From assembly GCA_965644265.1 (NCBI GenBank), contig OZ286472.1, forward strand, positions 22,010,001 through 22,074,000: 64,000 bases of DNA, in the 5' to 3' direction. The number at the start of each line of letters is the position of its first letter. Positions within the stretch are counted from its first letter, which is position 1. A model generated the notes under the pieces. That model saw only the letters and a list, made by a program, of their open reading frames with translations. It did not search any database and had not been told where the DNA came from. The stretch comes from Glycera tridactyla (Eukaryota). The position numbers and the translations under genes were made by a program. Shown in pieces: positions 11,891-26,756 of the stretch.

Positions 11891-14800
11891 GAACATGAAA
11901 AAAGAAATGTGTCGCCATATTGAAAGGGTCCACATTATACACAAGAGTTCACAACAGGCAACAATGCTCAACCAGCATGGATGCCCAGATTTCATCGCCG
12001 ATGCTTGGATCAGATGATAAATATTGGCTAGACGACATTCGGCTGAAGTATCAATGTTTATTCGTAGCCTGTCTTGATCCATAAATCAACTCATCTTCAT
12101 GGTGCGAACACCCTCCTTTCACGCCTCAGTGAAGAACTCAATATAATGGAACTAAAAATCACCATTTGGCAATGAAAGGGTCCTCTATTCTACCTGGCCC
12201 ACCCCAGAACTGGTGTGATTTATGTTACTGCCACTAGATGGAGCTTTTCATCGAGGGCTCACCCATTTGTGACCCTCTAAACCAGGCCTAGCAGCTATCT
12301 TGATGCACACTCTCCGCTTCTTTCATACCAGGCATCTAGCAAACTTTTTTGTAGTCAAAAATAAAATGGACTGCCAAACTAAACTCAGCAGATACCAGGC
12401 AAATTAGGAAAGACAGCGCCCTGCATAAGGGAGGTGCACACTATCTATGCTAACACTTTCTTGTCCGAATCAATTTTGTCAATGGCACAATCCTGTTACC
12501 ACTAAGCTAAATCTGGTCACAAAGATTGACAGTGGTGTACGGTCTGTTCATATTTGAATGCCACTTTCCAACAACAAATTCTCAATGATGGAAACAAAAA
12601 AAGATGGCGGGGATGGGATGGTTAAACTGCAATGATAGAGGATTTCATGAGATTTGTGGATGAGTTTAATCCAAACAGTTTATCCAGTGACTGAGTAACA
12701 GGCATTATCAGCTGTGAACTTAGGATTAGAGTATAATCCATGTTTACTTGTACACTAACCCTGTCCTCTTAATCACAAGATTACTTCAAAAGTAAACAAA
12801 TCTTAACCCTTTCTAGTCAAGGTCCAGGATAACCATGACTAAACATTGCATATTTCATCTACTATGGCTTCTAAATATAGTGTGATCAAACAGTTTAGGG
12901 ATTGTGGGAAGTCAGGCAATTATGCGGCAATTGTTTTATTTAACATTTTTTATGGTCATCTCTTGATTTAATAACGAAAAGATATATCAAAACTTGGAGT
13001 TCAGCAAATCAATTCACCATTTCTCAAAATGATATGGGTGACGAATGGTTAATGTTTTCACATCAAAATCTGTCCAAAGTTGTCAGCAAATGACAATATT
13101 TCTGATTGAATCAATGATTGGATTGGTGGCGCACCGAAGTAAATCATTTCATGGTGGGGGCACTATATGGTGGTCTGATCACTGTCAGAAACATTGCTTG
13201 CCATGTACAAGGTAAGGTCTAGTGCAATAGTACTTCATTATCTAACAAGCGTCCAATACCTGGATTGATGTGGTTTGAATTGTATGCATCAAAATATTTT
13301 GATATTTGGATTTCGCCTTTCCAACTACCTTGTTCATACACAGGGCGAGATCTAACATGCCAACTTGATATTGATGTCTCAGACTTCATAACCAGGAGTA
13401 GTTCTGCATTAAATATTTTGGTGGCATGTTCAACTTGATATTCTTCATCAGAATCCTGATGATAAATTTGACAATATTTGATATTTGGGAAGCATAGGTC
13501 TGGTAAAAGCAAAAACACTGGCCTGCTATCAACCAAAATCCAAGTGTTTACCAGTTCGGTATCCCCAAATCCTTAAATAAACTTTCATCTTGTACCAATA
13601 TTCTACACCTGGTGGGACCTAAACAAACCGATGCCCCCCCCCCCTCAAACGACACGATGTTTGTTAAAACTGCAGCTCATCTATTGACTGTAAAATATTA
13701 CAGAAATATGGATGTGGGAGAGTTAAAATCCACTAATCAGACACAATGAATTCACTGCCATTGAATAATTAACCAGATATGCTAATTCTCATTCTAATTA
13801 ATTCATTACTGCGATTAACTTTTCTCTCCCCACAAATATATAATAGGAGCTACAGTATTTCATGATATAGCTGACAAACTTCAGCCATGGAAAGATGAAA
13901 CTGAAATAATGGATGAATTTCACGTTGGTGGTTAATTTGTGATACCACAGGTATCTCACTGAAACCAGTTTGAATGAAAATCGGTGTTCATGTGAAGAAT
14001 AATTGGGTTGAGTTTAATAACTGGAGACAAGAAATATTAATTCTTGCTTTAATTGACACGTTAAATTCCAATCTCATATTCTCATGCTGGGAAAAATTCC
14101 ACACATACTGATTGAGACAATATCTTGGGAGAAATCTAGGAGAAAACTCTTGTGAAAATGTCATGATACATTCTTCTCAGGAATGTATTATCGCTGAAAT
14201 ATCGCTAAAATAGCAGTGCAGGGATAGTTTTTACTATCGTTTCCCAAGGATATTGCTGCCGATCCAACATCGTGTGGTTATAAGATATGATGGAAGTTTC
14301 CCTAGCATCAAAAATACTTGAAAGTAGGAGAGCTTGTCCGCCACTGGTTTCTCACAAACTGAGGGAATTATCTCACCATCAATTTTGAAACATTTTATCC
14401 CCAGTGAAATAGGCCCTATATTTTTAACACAAGTTGTGATGAGTCACAGCTGTTATAAGGGCATAATGTCTGAATCACTTTATTATTCTTCTTTTTTTTT
14501 GGGGGGGGGGGGGGGGTGTATGATGGGCAGCTAGTGAGCACTAAAAGACAAACTATCTAGGGTGACTGTAGGGCAGATTGGTGCATGCCCAGGTCTTGAC
14601 ACACTGCTTTTCTACTTAACATGGACTGAATATACATTACATCCATACCCATGAGGCATCTCTTGAATCACCCTCTCTCAAACCTTAGCACATACAAATG
14701 TAAGACACAATAGCACCCACGCATACACATGTGCACCACACTCAAGACGATTATCAGTCGGATGAATACAGAATGAATATCTGGCAACTTTCACCAAGTG

Positions 14801-17800
14801 TGATCATATCATCAATAAATGATTTAGATATAGCAAATAGAGAGCTACCATCAATATTTCCAAAGAAATCATAACAGCAAATTATTGATTAATATAGGAA
14901 AAACATCCCACCAGCTGGGGGAAAGTGATCAATGAGATGAAACACTCATCTTTGTTCATCCAAACAGATGTGTAAGTGACCTCCCATGCCTGAATGTTCG
15001 GAAATAATAATGTTTATGGGTCACTGAGCAACCAGAAAGGTCATAACTTTCACTATCGATCTGAATGAGACCAATGTGTATCTCCCACACCTACCAAAAA
15101 TACTCAATATGAATGTACATGATGTATACAAGTCCCAGCATGAGAAGAGTTAACAGTTTCTTGTCCATATTTACCAAAGATCACCATTAATCTCATGTCA
15201 ATACACTCTTCAAGTGCCACATATACTTTTTCCCAACAATGCCTCCAAATCAAATAATAATTCAACGAATGAACATCTTTTTATGACAATATGCTGCTGA
15301 TGTTATTCTGGGGTAGAATCGGATTCTGTTTCATTTTTGTGGACGATGAGATTGTGGGGAGAAATTTGTAATGAATCTTGCAGTATCTGTGAGTGAAAGC
15401 ATTTGATGAATGGGATGGAAGAAGCTGCACCTGAGCCTGCATCTCAATTTGTTCTCACGGCAACTGCAATGATGCAACACACACAGGATGCTTCACACAG
15501 AGGAAGCAGCCGATGCCTGCCAGCCTGATTTGCTCATAGTAACATGCCCACATACATAGAATGCGGACAAGAAAGGGTCCTCTATCTTTCCTGGTTCCCT
15601 GTCATCATATGAAGATGTCCACATATATTTTCTCTTTCAATGCATGTATGCATGAATGTGGGCATTAAATGGTCCACTAACTGTTTCTGTACCAGCTTAT
15701 GAAAATGATCATGTATGTTCTTTCTTTTAACAGATCATAAACCATGCTTTACTGCAAACCATACAAAATAATATGGAGGATGGAACTATTCGTTTTTAGC
15801 CATTCATGAAGGCTTTGAACAGACCAAATGAATACACAAAGGAATCTCAGTTTCATGTAACAATCAATGGATTGACCATTTCATGTCCATGTAGTTTCGA
15901 GATGCCAAAGATGGCACTCTTAGGATTCCACCAAATTAACTCTCACTGTTTGATTTCTGCGTGTGATACTCCATTCAGATCACATAAAATCAAAGCTTGT
16001 ATGAACTATGACTCAATTGCATAGCAACATGAGTAAATATCAGATGTGAAGGTTAAAGGGTCAACCTCTGGCCAAGAGAGGTGATTGATTTCCCAGGTCG
16101 GCCATCCAACCAAGAGTGTAAACAGAAAGAATTGCTTCACTGCTTGCCTCATGGAGCAGCCGCCCATTCCCACACTGACCTCCTGTGCAGTCAATAATTT
16201 TTTTTATGATTTCTGCACAAATGCATGCACCAACTTTCAGTTTTTAAGTCACTGTTAACCTACAATGACAGTCATATTTTTTCACGATTCTGTCTCAATT
16301 TTGCAACTATCCTCTCTATGAGACACTACTTGAACAAGATACATGGATATGCAAAAACTGCATCTATCACTGAATGTACCAAACAGGTAAAAATACAAGA
16401 AAACACAGCTGGAAGTCACATCGCAAGACTAATCTAAAATTCTGACACTTCTGGTTTTCACATCAGAGTACATGAGTGGTGGCTATAACAACACTACATG
16501 CTGGTCCTCCCAAATTGTGACAATTCTTGAGAAAAATGGTATCATCAACATTATTTTGAATGTGATTAAAGCAGCACATGCTGCAAACTGGAATTTATGA
16601 AACAGGTTAAGTGTTACACTTGGGTGGTAGATGATGATGATGTGGCTGTAGAATAGTCCTGCATGGTGCCAGTAAGGTGCCACTGTAACTAGGCCCTGTA
16701 CAGTCCCTGACTACCATCCCTATGGATACCATTGGTGACAAGTATGGCCTATCTCTGGTTTACCAGGCTCCACACGAACTGTCTCCATCACACACACCAT
16801 ACAAACCCACAAAATCTCGGCAAATGCCCAAAATAGATGCAAAATTATCCGTACCAAAGATACTTGATAATGAGTATCATATAATGAAATATAGGTGAAA
16901 AATGAACATTTACAAGATGCTGACTAATATGAGCATATATGTTTGAAAATTGTTCTTGAATGAGATTCAATTTCAATGCTTTTTTGATGGTATGATATTT
17001 GCTGCCGATGCATTTAGCAATAGTGATCTTTATGGTGTGGCTTTGGACTCGTGTGCAATCTAGTTCACATGCTGTTAATCAAAATGCGAATGACAATGAT
17101 TCGGGTGGGCAAAGCATCTTGTCCAATCAGGAGAGTTGAAGCAACTCGACCAATCAGGAAGGGTGTTTCATGCAGAGTTAGTCCCATTGGTTGGCTTCAT
17201 TCATTCATCAGTCTCCCCTAGCAACCACGCTGCGCACAAGCTAAAATACTGTTTCATCACCAAAAAAATACTGCAAAAACTTTATGGTAATATGTTTGAT
17301 ATGCTTGTGCAAGTAAGAAATAATGGCATGTACAAAACAAAAGTACATCATTTAATGTGGAATATAGGTAGATGGCCAATAATTTCTTTTCCCTTCTCCT
17401 TCAGACTGCTGTCCATCCAACAGATCACTTTTGTGAAATTGAATCGGCAATGTAAATAAAATACATTAGAAGTATCAGAATTCCCATGAACCAAAATGAT
17501 GCCCCAAACTCTGGAATAATGAAAGCCTTGATTTTCCAAATCTCTGAAAATATGCATCGGCCTTCTCAAATTTAGGCCGATGCATGCTTTTTAGGATTTT
17601 CAACAGCAAATCAAGGGGCGATTACTACAAAACAAGCTATGGGGCATGCATCCTTCAAAGATTGTAATACTCAAGCATGCTATGTGCAGAACGTAGTTCC
17701 TCATGAATGTATGGAATTCACATTACTGTTGAACACAAATATGCAAATGTCACAATAAATATGACCAGAGGAAATTCGATAAAATATGGCTGATTAGACT

Positions 17801-18845
17801 ATATTCATCATCTGAATCGGAAAGTGTTGTGTCAACTTATGCGAAGGAATTGCATCAGAATGCTCTGAAAGTATGAGCAAGATTCGAAGATGCAAGCCTC
17901 TTCGAGTTCAGAGACTGGCCACCAGATGTCACCATGTCATTGCAGCCATTTTGAAAATGTGAAAAAAATTGTTCTAAAAGAATATCAAAATTAGCCGCAT
18001 CACTTATGAGTGGACTGTCTTGGGAACAGCTGGACAAGAGCAACTCCCAGTGGCATATGGAAAAGTGACTCAAGGAGCAACATAAACTTAAATGGTGATG
18101 AAACAGATTCAACTTATCTAAATGCTAATCTGACCTTGACCTCTGTGACCTAACAAGTTAGCAGGAATGGTGAACAATATCTGCACCCTTTATTCATTCT
18201 GATGACGAGAAATGCTCATTGGAAAAACGTGACCTCGTTGAATATACATGCATCATTAACTCTTGCAGAGAGATATCGCGGATGTTCCCGGTGGATCTTG
18301 AATTATGACGACACAGAGCACTATGACAAGGCCAAACTGATACCATGTGAACTGAACAATGTTGACAGGGTAACACAATGGTGGTTACATCCTGATATAG
18401 CCCATGTGTTACTGAAAAGGATGAAAAACTCAAATGACAGAATATATAGCTGACAATGGCTGAAAGGTGAGGAGTACAGACCTCAAAAATCAGTTTTGCT
18501 GGATCTAGAATATGGGACACCCACCCACCCGATCCCATCATAACAATACCGGTATTATTGCTGAATTTCTACAACACCTCGTGATTTTCTGCTCAATGCA
18601 ATCTTTCCTCAAGGCTATCATTGAAAACCAATATCCAAGAATAGTAACTGATGCCCAATTAAGACCTATTTTACTGCCAACTAGCACCTATTTATAATCT
18701 CTGATGCCACGCACCCCGATGCCAAATCAATCATCACTTGTGAGCAATCATAGATTTGTTTAACTCAATTTGCACTTCACGCACGAGATTTATCATTTAA
18801 ATCAGTCTTATTGATAGTTCTTCGAGCAATCTTCGAGCAGCTCTC

Positions 18846-18955
18846 ACTTCCAAGAATATCAGAAGACAAAGAGAAGATGAACTAACTGTAGTTACTTCCA
18901 AGGATATCAGAGAAAACAGACTGTAGTTACTTCCAAGAATATCAGAAGAAAACAG
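18846..18955. repeat. Short direct repeat, 3 copies of acttccaagRatatcaga
   Basis: Copies start at 18846, 18894 and 18929; the last two share the ctgtagtt lead-in. Confidence 0.7.
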
Positions 18956-19418
18956 AGTATATTTCGACCAATGTTTGGTATTCCTGAGATTATATTCAGC
19001 TCCTTCCTTGTTTGATGTTTCAAATACCAAGCAATCAATTGGCGATAAATCCGAACAAGGCTGATGCAAAGCAGCATTGCTCTGATGTCAGAAATATAAC
19101 GAGCCATGATATTCGCAAGTCACATTTCGCGGGCTCTACATCCACTTTTCACATCACCTGTCCTTCAAGCAGGTTATTTTTACCTGCCCTATTCATCATT
19201 TCATCTGCCCCATCAAGCATCCTTACCATGTTTGAGAATGGGGTAGACTATACCCACACCCTTATGTGTAGCACCTCGGATTTATCTTGCCCTTGGATAT
19301 TTGATAGAATAGAATGAAATAGAATGCAACCTCGTAACATATATACAACTTATGCATTTAATCGAAGAAATGGATTTCATCCTGCATAAACGAGGATGAT
19401 GAACCATTCCTCCAAGTA

Positions 19419-19563
19419 CAGTCAAACCTATCTCAAGCATTCACTCTACTGGGTAGTCACCTGGCTTTAGCAGTCATCTTTGGAACCCCCACTAGAGCTC
19501 ATTTCTCTATAAAACACCTGCCCCTGGCAGCCACCTTTTGCCTGTTTAAAACAGCTTTGACTG
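19419..19563. mobile_element. Tc1/mariner-type MITE (145 bp, diverged)
   Basis: TA flanks. TIR CAGTCAAACCT versus CAGTCAAAGCT. Confidence 0.65.
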
Positions 19564-20354
19564 TAGATATGCATGTGCATATAGATATGATGTAGGCTTC
19601 TGTGCTCCATCCATATTGGAGGTGACTTCAGTCACTTGAAATATGTAAGGAGCACTGCCACTCACGTGATTTCATTCTAGGTTCAGAGATTCCTATATTG
19701 CGATCTATTAAAAGGAAAATTATCCTCATCTTATTAAATGTATCTCTAAAAGTTGAATGACCCTCTCATTGTAATATTCATCATCAGTCCAGAACTGGCA
19801 TGTTTTATGAAATAGTTGAGTTACACAACAGAAATTAAATTGATGAACAATCCAGCAGCAACTTTATGTTCTCCTTTTATTGCCATTATCGTATAGATTG
19901 TATATCAAGCAATCCCAAAGTAGACTTGCAAACAAGCCTGAAGACCAGGGAGTATCCCCTGTAGTAATAGTCTCAACATGTAGCTCAAAGAGAGATGATA
20001 GTCTTGAAGATTCGGTCTTCTTGGTGCTATTTCTGAGTCTCCCTCCTCACAGGTTTCAATAGAAAGTGAAACTTGTGACCAAAGACCCCAATAAGAGACC
20101 ACCCCTGATCAGAGTCTGCTTCCAGGTCGACTTCCCTATTCTTAGACAGAGTTTACTGCCAATGCGACTACCTCTGTTGAGGCCACTTCTGGATGATATT
20201 TAGGGCATTGTCTAAATGAAGATTTCTCTGTCTTAGATAATTGTCGGGTAGCATGACAGTATGCTTAGTTATCCATCACGATGAGCAGGATGCTCTGCGT
20301 TGTCATGGTAACTGGCAAATGCTGTACACAAGATGATGGAGAACCGAAAACGCT

Positions 20355-20400
20355 GTCTTGTGGAAGTAGCTGTCAGTTCAGACACACCCCTATCTACATA
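20355..20400 (-). mobile_element. SINE-like family A, internal fragment
   Basis: gtggaagtagctgtcagttcagacacacccctatc matches the family core. Confidence 0.6.
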
Positions 20401-21694
20401 TAATAATTTCTGCCTCTGAGCAGAAGCCTTTTGTGCTTGTGAGCTCCCAGATCATCAAGCCCACAGCTTACAAAGATGGAGAAATACTTAGGCACAAACT
20501 AGATCAACAGTAGTGTTTAGATACTGGTTGAAAAGAGGCACAATAAAGAGAACGATGTAAAACTATGTCCCTCCACCAACTAATTAACCTACTTCTCAGC
20601 TGGAATGATGCATCAATTGATTGACTGAGGAATGATTCAACCCAGGGTGACGTGACACCAGTCTGCTGCAAATCAAGTCTAACACAAATCAAATCATCTT
20701 GAGTCAAGGTCGTGAATTTGATGATAGTCACGGCAAGAAATATATCTGAAATCAGAATACCCAATGCTAATACTCTCACCCACTCAAAAACTACCTGAAT
20801 ACATTTCTGATATGGAGATATTATTTACCGATAAAACTCACCCTAGATATCTGGATGAGGTTCAGCACCCCACCCCATCCCCTCAGCTACCCTCCCTTGT
20901 AGGAACTGTGCCAGAAGCGCTTAGGGCATGATAACATTCTCAATGAATACCTTTGAACAAATTCAGCATATTTGATGACTATGATATCAACAGCTGTATA
21001 CATATCTTTGTAGTCCATGATTATGATTTGACCTGGAATGCCTCAAGTGAGTTTGGCTGCTAGCATTCTCTGTGTTATCACAATTAAAATAATTGACAGC
21101 TGTTCTCTGTTGAAATGACAATGATGATAGTACATAAGTTTGGGACCCACCCATCTCTCTCAAAGTGTGTATTGCACTAAACAAACGATAGCTGTTCCTT
21201 GCAGAATCTGATATGATGAACGGAGCTCAAATGTATGTGAGGTTACTTCAGGATGAATTAGTTCTATAGTATTCCATGTCCCTACAACATTGAGGTGAGT
21301 GTGTGTGCGTGTGTGTACGTGCGTTCATGTAAACTTTGTGTCAGAGCAAATATAGCATGGACACAGACACTTTTTCATTTCAATTCATGATGCACATACA
21401 GTAATTCGATGAGATGTGTCAAATGCCTGAGTCAAATTTTGGGGAATTTCTTATGGGTGTTAAATCTATGACATCAGGGTATGGCAATGCACCACCAATA
21501 TTAGATTATCAGTACTCCTAACTGCTGTACCACTGAGTCATCCCACAATGAAGGAAACCTCGATGTGCAGCTATGAAACTAGCACTCACAATGTATCAGC
21601 CTCCCTCCAAGGAGTTATGGAATCATGACAACAGACCCTAGCCAGACACCCACACAACACCCACACCCACCCACACATGCATGCCTGCCTGCCT

Positions 21695-21728
<34 letters not shown>

Positions 21729-23609
21729 CTGACTTGTATATGGTACAAGGTCTGATATTTCACGCTAACAGCAAGGTGGAGACATGTTTGGTACAATGTA
21801 GAAGTACTCTATCACCAGATGTGTATGAGTGCTAATCATCAGGATGTCCTAGGACACGGGATGCTAATCAATCAAGAAATGGTAACCTCTTCTATCATAT
21901 CTAGATATGCAAACCATCACAATTTTGGAGTAATGATGCCTCCTCGAGTAAACCCTGCAACGAGAGACTGCCTTAAATGTCATTATAAAATGACAATTCA
22001 TTATTCTCTCATTTGATCATTGCCGAAACTGTGATCATTACTGTTGAAGATTTTGCATAATCACTAGTTATCATTGTCAAAGTCAGCATCCCAGCATGAA
22101 GGGGCAATCCCCTTCTCCGAGAACAATTGCCATCATTTTGTGATGATTCTATCTGCAAACCACAAACACCTGTCTTGACACCAAATCACTTAGGGCTGGC
22201 TTATCAATTCTGTCAAGAAAACCATACTTGTGATGTTCAGGGATCAAAATATGGATGAAGAACATATTCTTGAATGTATTATTCGAAAAAAATGCAACAC
22301 AAGTCAAACATTTAGATTCAGGCCTGGGAATCATGATCTAATTGTGAACTCTCCGGGATGACTCCCTCATCGAACATCTGAATCGTTCCCAGGTATACTC
22401 ACAACACTGCTAAGACAGATATCAGCAAATGAAGAAGAAATCAATATCTTACTCCAACTTATGTGTAACCTATATTTGAAGCTTTAACAAAACTTATTCC
22501 ATGTATTAACTACACATAAATGTTACCTTCTCCCAATCATCTTTCAACCAGGGCAGAGGCTGGCACACCTTCTCCCCATATATGGGGAGATCCTAAGATA
22601 ATGCAATCGGAATCAAACTTTTGGGATCTGTGATCTTGCAACAGTAGCTGATGTAAGAACAGGGGTACATTTTATAAGCTCCTACATCAATTGGAATTGT
22701 AAATTCGAAAATTCCTGATGTATCTAAAATGAGGTATTATTGCATTTGCATGTCATCCATAGTCACTATCTCCATCAACGTTTGGAAATTTGTACTGAAG
22801 AAAGAGTAAATCCAATTTATTCAAGATCTGTGATCACCTCCTTGGATCTCTGAGCTGTGAAAAAACTTCATGAATATTCAAATTCCCTTGATGTCCTTCA
22901 TCTTGGAATGATAATTTATTGTAGCTGAAGCTGTGTGATAATCAAATGATAAACCCAAGCCTCCTACCTCAAAAATTACACATATGACGTGTTGTTAGGG
23001 TTGTGCCATGAACATGTACCACATAAAAACGTCATTCTCGCAATGACACCAAAATCTTAAATGTCACATCATTGCGAAAATTCCATATTCATGTTGTCTT
23101 ATAATTTCTATTGACTGCAGAAATCAGCAGTGATAGTTTTTCGCTGAATGTTAATCACAAACCTAAATGATATTGCTATTCCAGTGTAGATGCACACCGA
23201 GTAAACTGCAATATATAATCACAAAACTGCTGCCGCCATGATACAAGCCATTTTTATTATAATAATCCTGACCGAAATTGTTCTGGAATAAATTCACCCA
23301 CACCCATCTTGAATATCGTATTCAATGATCATCAAAGATTACTTACTTCTCCTGATAACTGTGAAAGACTCATCATACCCAGCATGAACGACTGGCCGAG
23401 ATTTATCATTTCGTAAAATCATATATCATGCTTAGTGCTCCTCATTGAGAATCATGATTTTAATAGATGCTTTGAGATTCTTTCAGTGAGGTGAGATATA
23501 GATACAAAACTGAAATCCTGATCCCCAGAATGATACTGACTAAAGTAGAACTCCCACATACAGGCTTCTTACAAAAGTGGAACCATGTACACACACTCAC
23601 TCTCCCCTA

Positions 23610-23612
<3 letters not shown>

Positions 23613-23685
<73 letters not shown>
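23613..23685. repeat. (CA)n microsatellite
   Basis: Direct inspection. Confidence 0.98.
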
Positions 23686-23686
<1 letters not shown>

Positions 23687-24027
23687 GCATCTATGTTCTG
23701 TGTGGTAAAATGTGTAGGTATGGTCCTACTCCCTCCAATAACAAAGTGTATAAAAACAAAAAATTAGCAGAAAATACAACAAAAAAGATCTACAGGGAGA
23801 TTCTTGAGTCACGCGATCCTTCCCAACTACGGGGTCAGTTGACGAAACAGCAAAAGAGCAGCCATGAGCTGATGAGAGATTCTGAATGGAAAATTAGAGA
23901 TTCTCACCCTGAAAATATACTGAGTACTGTGAGCTTGGATTTCTATGATGAAGATATTGTTTTGGGAAATACATATGACTAATCCAATATGAAAGCCATT
24001 TCGAGGCCCTCCAAATCTAAACAGCAT

Positions 24028-24039
24028 TGTGTGTGTGTG

Positions 24040-24089
<50 letters not shown>
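24028..24089. repeat. (GT)n microsatellite
   Basis: Direct inspection. Confidence 0.98.
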
Positions 24090-24090
<1 letters not shown>

Positions 24091-24224
24091 ATGCGTGTGT
24101 ATGTGTGCTTGGGCATCTGACTCATTTCATAAACCTGTTGCCTGTGCACAGACTTCAAATCACTGGAAAAAGTGTGTATTCTTTTTTCTAATTGAATAGT
24201 TTGCAGACAGAGCTCACAGCGGAG

Positions 24225-24445
24225 GTTTAACGATGTATCAACCCGTGGACTTATACCCCAATCAATAGAGGTATTGCTGTAATATATGAACTGAGCTAGA
24301 TCTGTTGATTGCTGGGAGTTTAACACATGTATCAACAAATGGAATTGTATACACAATTGTTTCAGATCTGTGAGGACAGGATACACTGTCCACTCCAAGC
24401 ATCACTTTCACAGACCCTGAACACAAGATGATGGGCACTACATGA
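24225..24445 (-). mobile_element. SINE-like family A, degraded copy with a duplicated tail segment
   Basis: atgtatcaac occurs twice, then gcatcactttcacagaccctgaacacaagatgatggg. Confidence 0.55.
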
Positions 24446-25273
24446 AGGAGATCCATCTTGGCACATGTGCTACGATAAATTTCCTCATCTGCACTCAGGT
24501 TAGATCATGTCTGATCATGCTACATTGATTCATACCTGCACCTGTCCAAATTGAAGTTATGTCATTTATTCAGTCATTCTGTCATTGTCAGTGCTGCAAA
24601 ATTCTATCAAGTAAAACTGTTTTTATGCAACGTCGAATAGGCAAGAGCAGTAGTTTACTACAGTTGTTCACAAGCAAGAAAAAATGATGGCAGTAGCCCC
24701 CCTCCCCAACATGCATTTGAATCTGACTTAATACAGCAGACACTAGCTGTTAGCTTGGATAATAGGTCAAAAAGTTTTTTTTCAAAGGAAGAGTTCATGA
24801 TGGACATGAAACACTCTATGAAGATAAATCATGGTTGAGGCGATTGAGAAGTTCAAATGAACACAATCCACAGAGTGCCATCCATTCAACAGTCAGCTAT
24901 ACATGGTGTGGAATCACCAGTGAACCATGTTCACTTTCAGTACAAGAGGGAAGGAGCATGAAACTGCCCATGAATTGCTCTGTGTAACAATCATGACACC
25001 AGAAACAGGAAGTTCAACCTGTAGGACTTCCTGTCAAAATACAAAAGCAGTGATGACAGTCTGGAAACAACCAGAGACTGGGTATTCTATCCAAACCCTT
25101 GTCACCAGTTAGTATGTTGTTATATCAGAAGTTGACAATCGTGATTATGTAGAGGAGAATAGAGGTCAAACCATGCACCCTCACACATGCAAAGTCACAC
25201 GTGCACAATCAGCAAGCCATGTTTCCAGAAGGTGAAACTACTTCGAATCCTTGTAGCCAGTAACAAGCTGTAT

Positions 25274-25495
25274 CCAGGGATGTGATTAGCTCACAACCGA
25301 AAACCCTGACCGGAGGTGCTTTCTGCCAAGATTTTGAGGACCAAGAAACCCCAACAACTGCTGAGGAATGGCTACTATATCTGCATTTACGTTCTGCGCT
25401 CTATCTCCACTCATTTGGCTCCGATTTTCATGATCTAAATTCCAAAATAATCAGCATAAAATGCTCTTCTCTGCCACATACATGGCTACATTCCC
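25274..25495. mobile_element. Interspersed repeat family B, copy 1
   Basis: cagggatgtgattRgctcacaacc...ggaggYgcttt...ccaagattttgNggaccaagaaacccc is shared with the 28222 and 57700 copies. Class unknown. Confidence 0.7.
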
Positions 25496-26756
25496 AGAAC
25501 AATCACCTTCCTGGGAATTGCAGCATCATAGAATGACAGTCCATTCTGGGACGTGAGTCATTATGGGCCAATGAGATCTGTTATAAGCATGATTGACGGG
25601 GCTGCCATGGGGTCTAGTCGGATGTTACTGCGCATGCGCAAACCACACCAAACATCTCATGTCTACCCAGAGATTTCTAGTCACACAATATCAAAGCAAC
25701 ACAACAGTAGCAATCAACCCTCATGCAATCTTTTCTCCTCCAATTGTAATTCAGGAAAAAAGGAAGGTCACAGGGAACCAAGTTTATTCAAGCAGGGGCC
25801 AGAAAAGGTACTGAACAGTGAATCACAATTTTTTCTCACATTTGAAGAATAGGAGACCTCATACAATACATGTGGAAACCGTGTCTCTGAGAATGGATTG
25901 ATAGCTCTTCACAAAATTCAAATCAGTAGAGATCAACTTGATCAAGGTTTCAACAGAGAGCTAGCTCCTTTCTGGAATTGCTTGCAAAATAAATGAAAGT
26001 TGTATTCAGAGGAACATTCTAGTTCCAGGAAGATACATCCCAAGTTTCTGAATGGTCATCGATGAAATGAAAACAACTGACCTTAAGAGATATTGACATT
26101 TAAGAGCTCAACCAGGAATCATAAGTATCGGGAATGGCTCTGAATTATGGTAAAACAAAATTTGGAACGTTAAGCCGATGAATGAGAAGCATAGGAAAGG
26201 AAGTCATCCTCTTTTCTATCTACCCAAAAAATCATGGAAGTTATCCTTCAAACATTTTTGGAAAGATGACTTAACATCTGATACTGAAGCCACTATCTGT
26301 AATGATAAAATACGTAAATTATGTAATTCAGTGAGAAATATTACACCAAAGAAACTGATTATACCTGAGCATCAACAACAGCACTCAATATTGCTGCGAA
26401 CATGGAAACTGGTTTCAGTGACCGAAAAGCTCAGAGTTTGAAATGAGGAAATGCATCATCTTTGGAGAATACTCATCCCATCAACTCAGCGAATGAAATA
26501 CTCTGAGCACATCAACAGAGTTGTGAATCATCTTTTTCAAAGTTGAACAATACATGTGTAAAATGGTATGTATAAGAACAATGGATTCCTTCCAAAATTT
26601 ACCCAAGACTTTTCCTGCCCCATTAGGACAGCAGCTCACAGAGCCTAGGGCTGGGATCATTAAAAAAAACATTGGGCGACCCCCAATTGTGCAGTCAAAT
26701 AACCAGCCAGCCTGCTGCAAAAGTCGAAGAGGGTGAGTGATTACTCAATTGAAGGA

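Noticed and set aside
23491-23982. 163-aa plus-strand ORF
   Set aside because: Length inflated by the (CA)n tract; no domain similarity or reliable splice structure.
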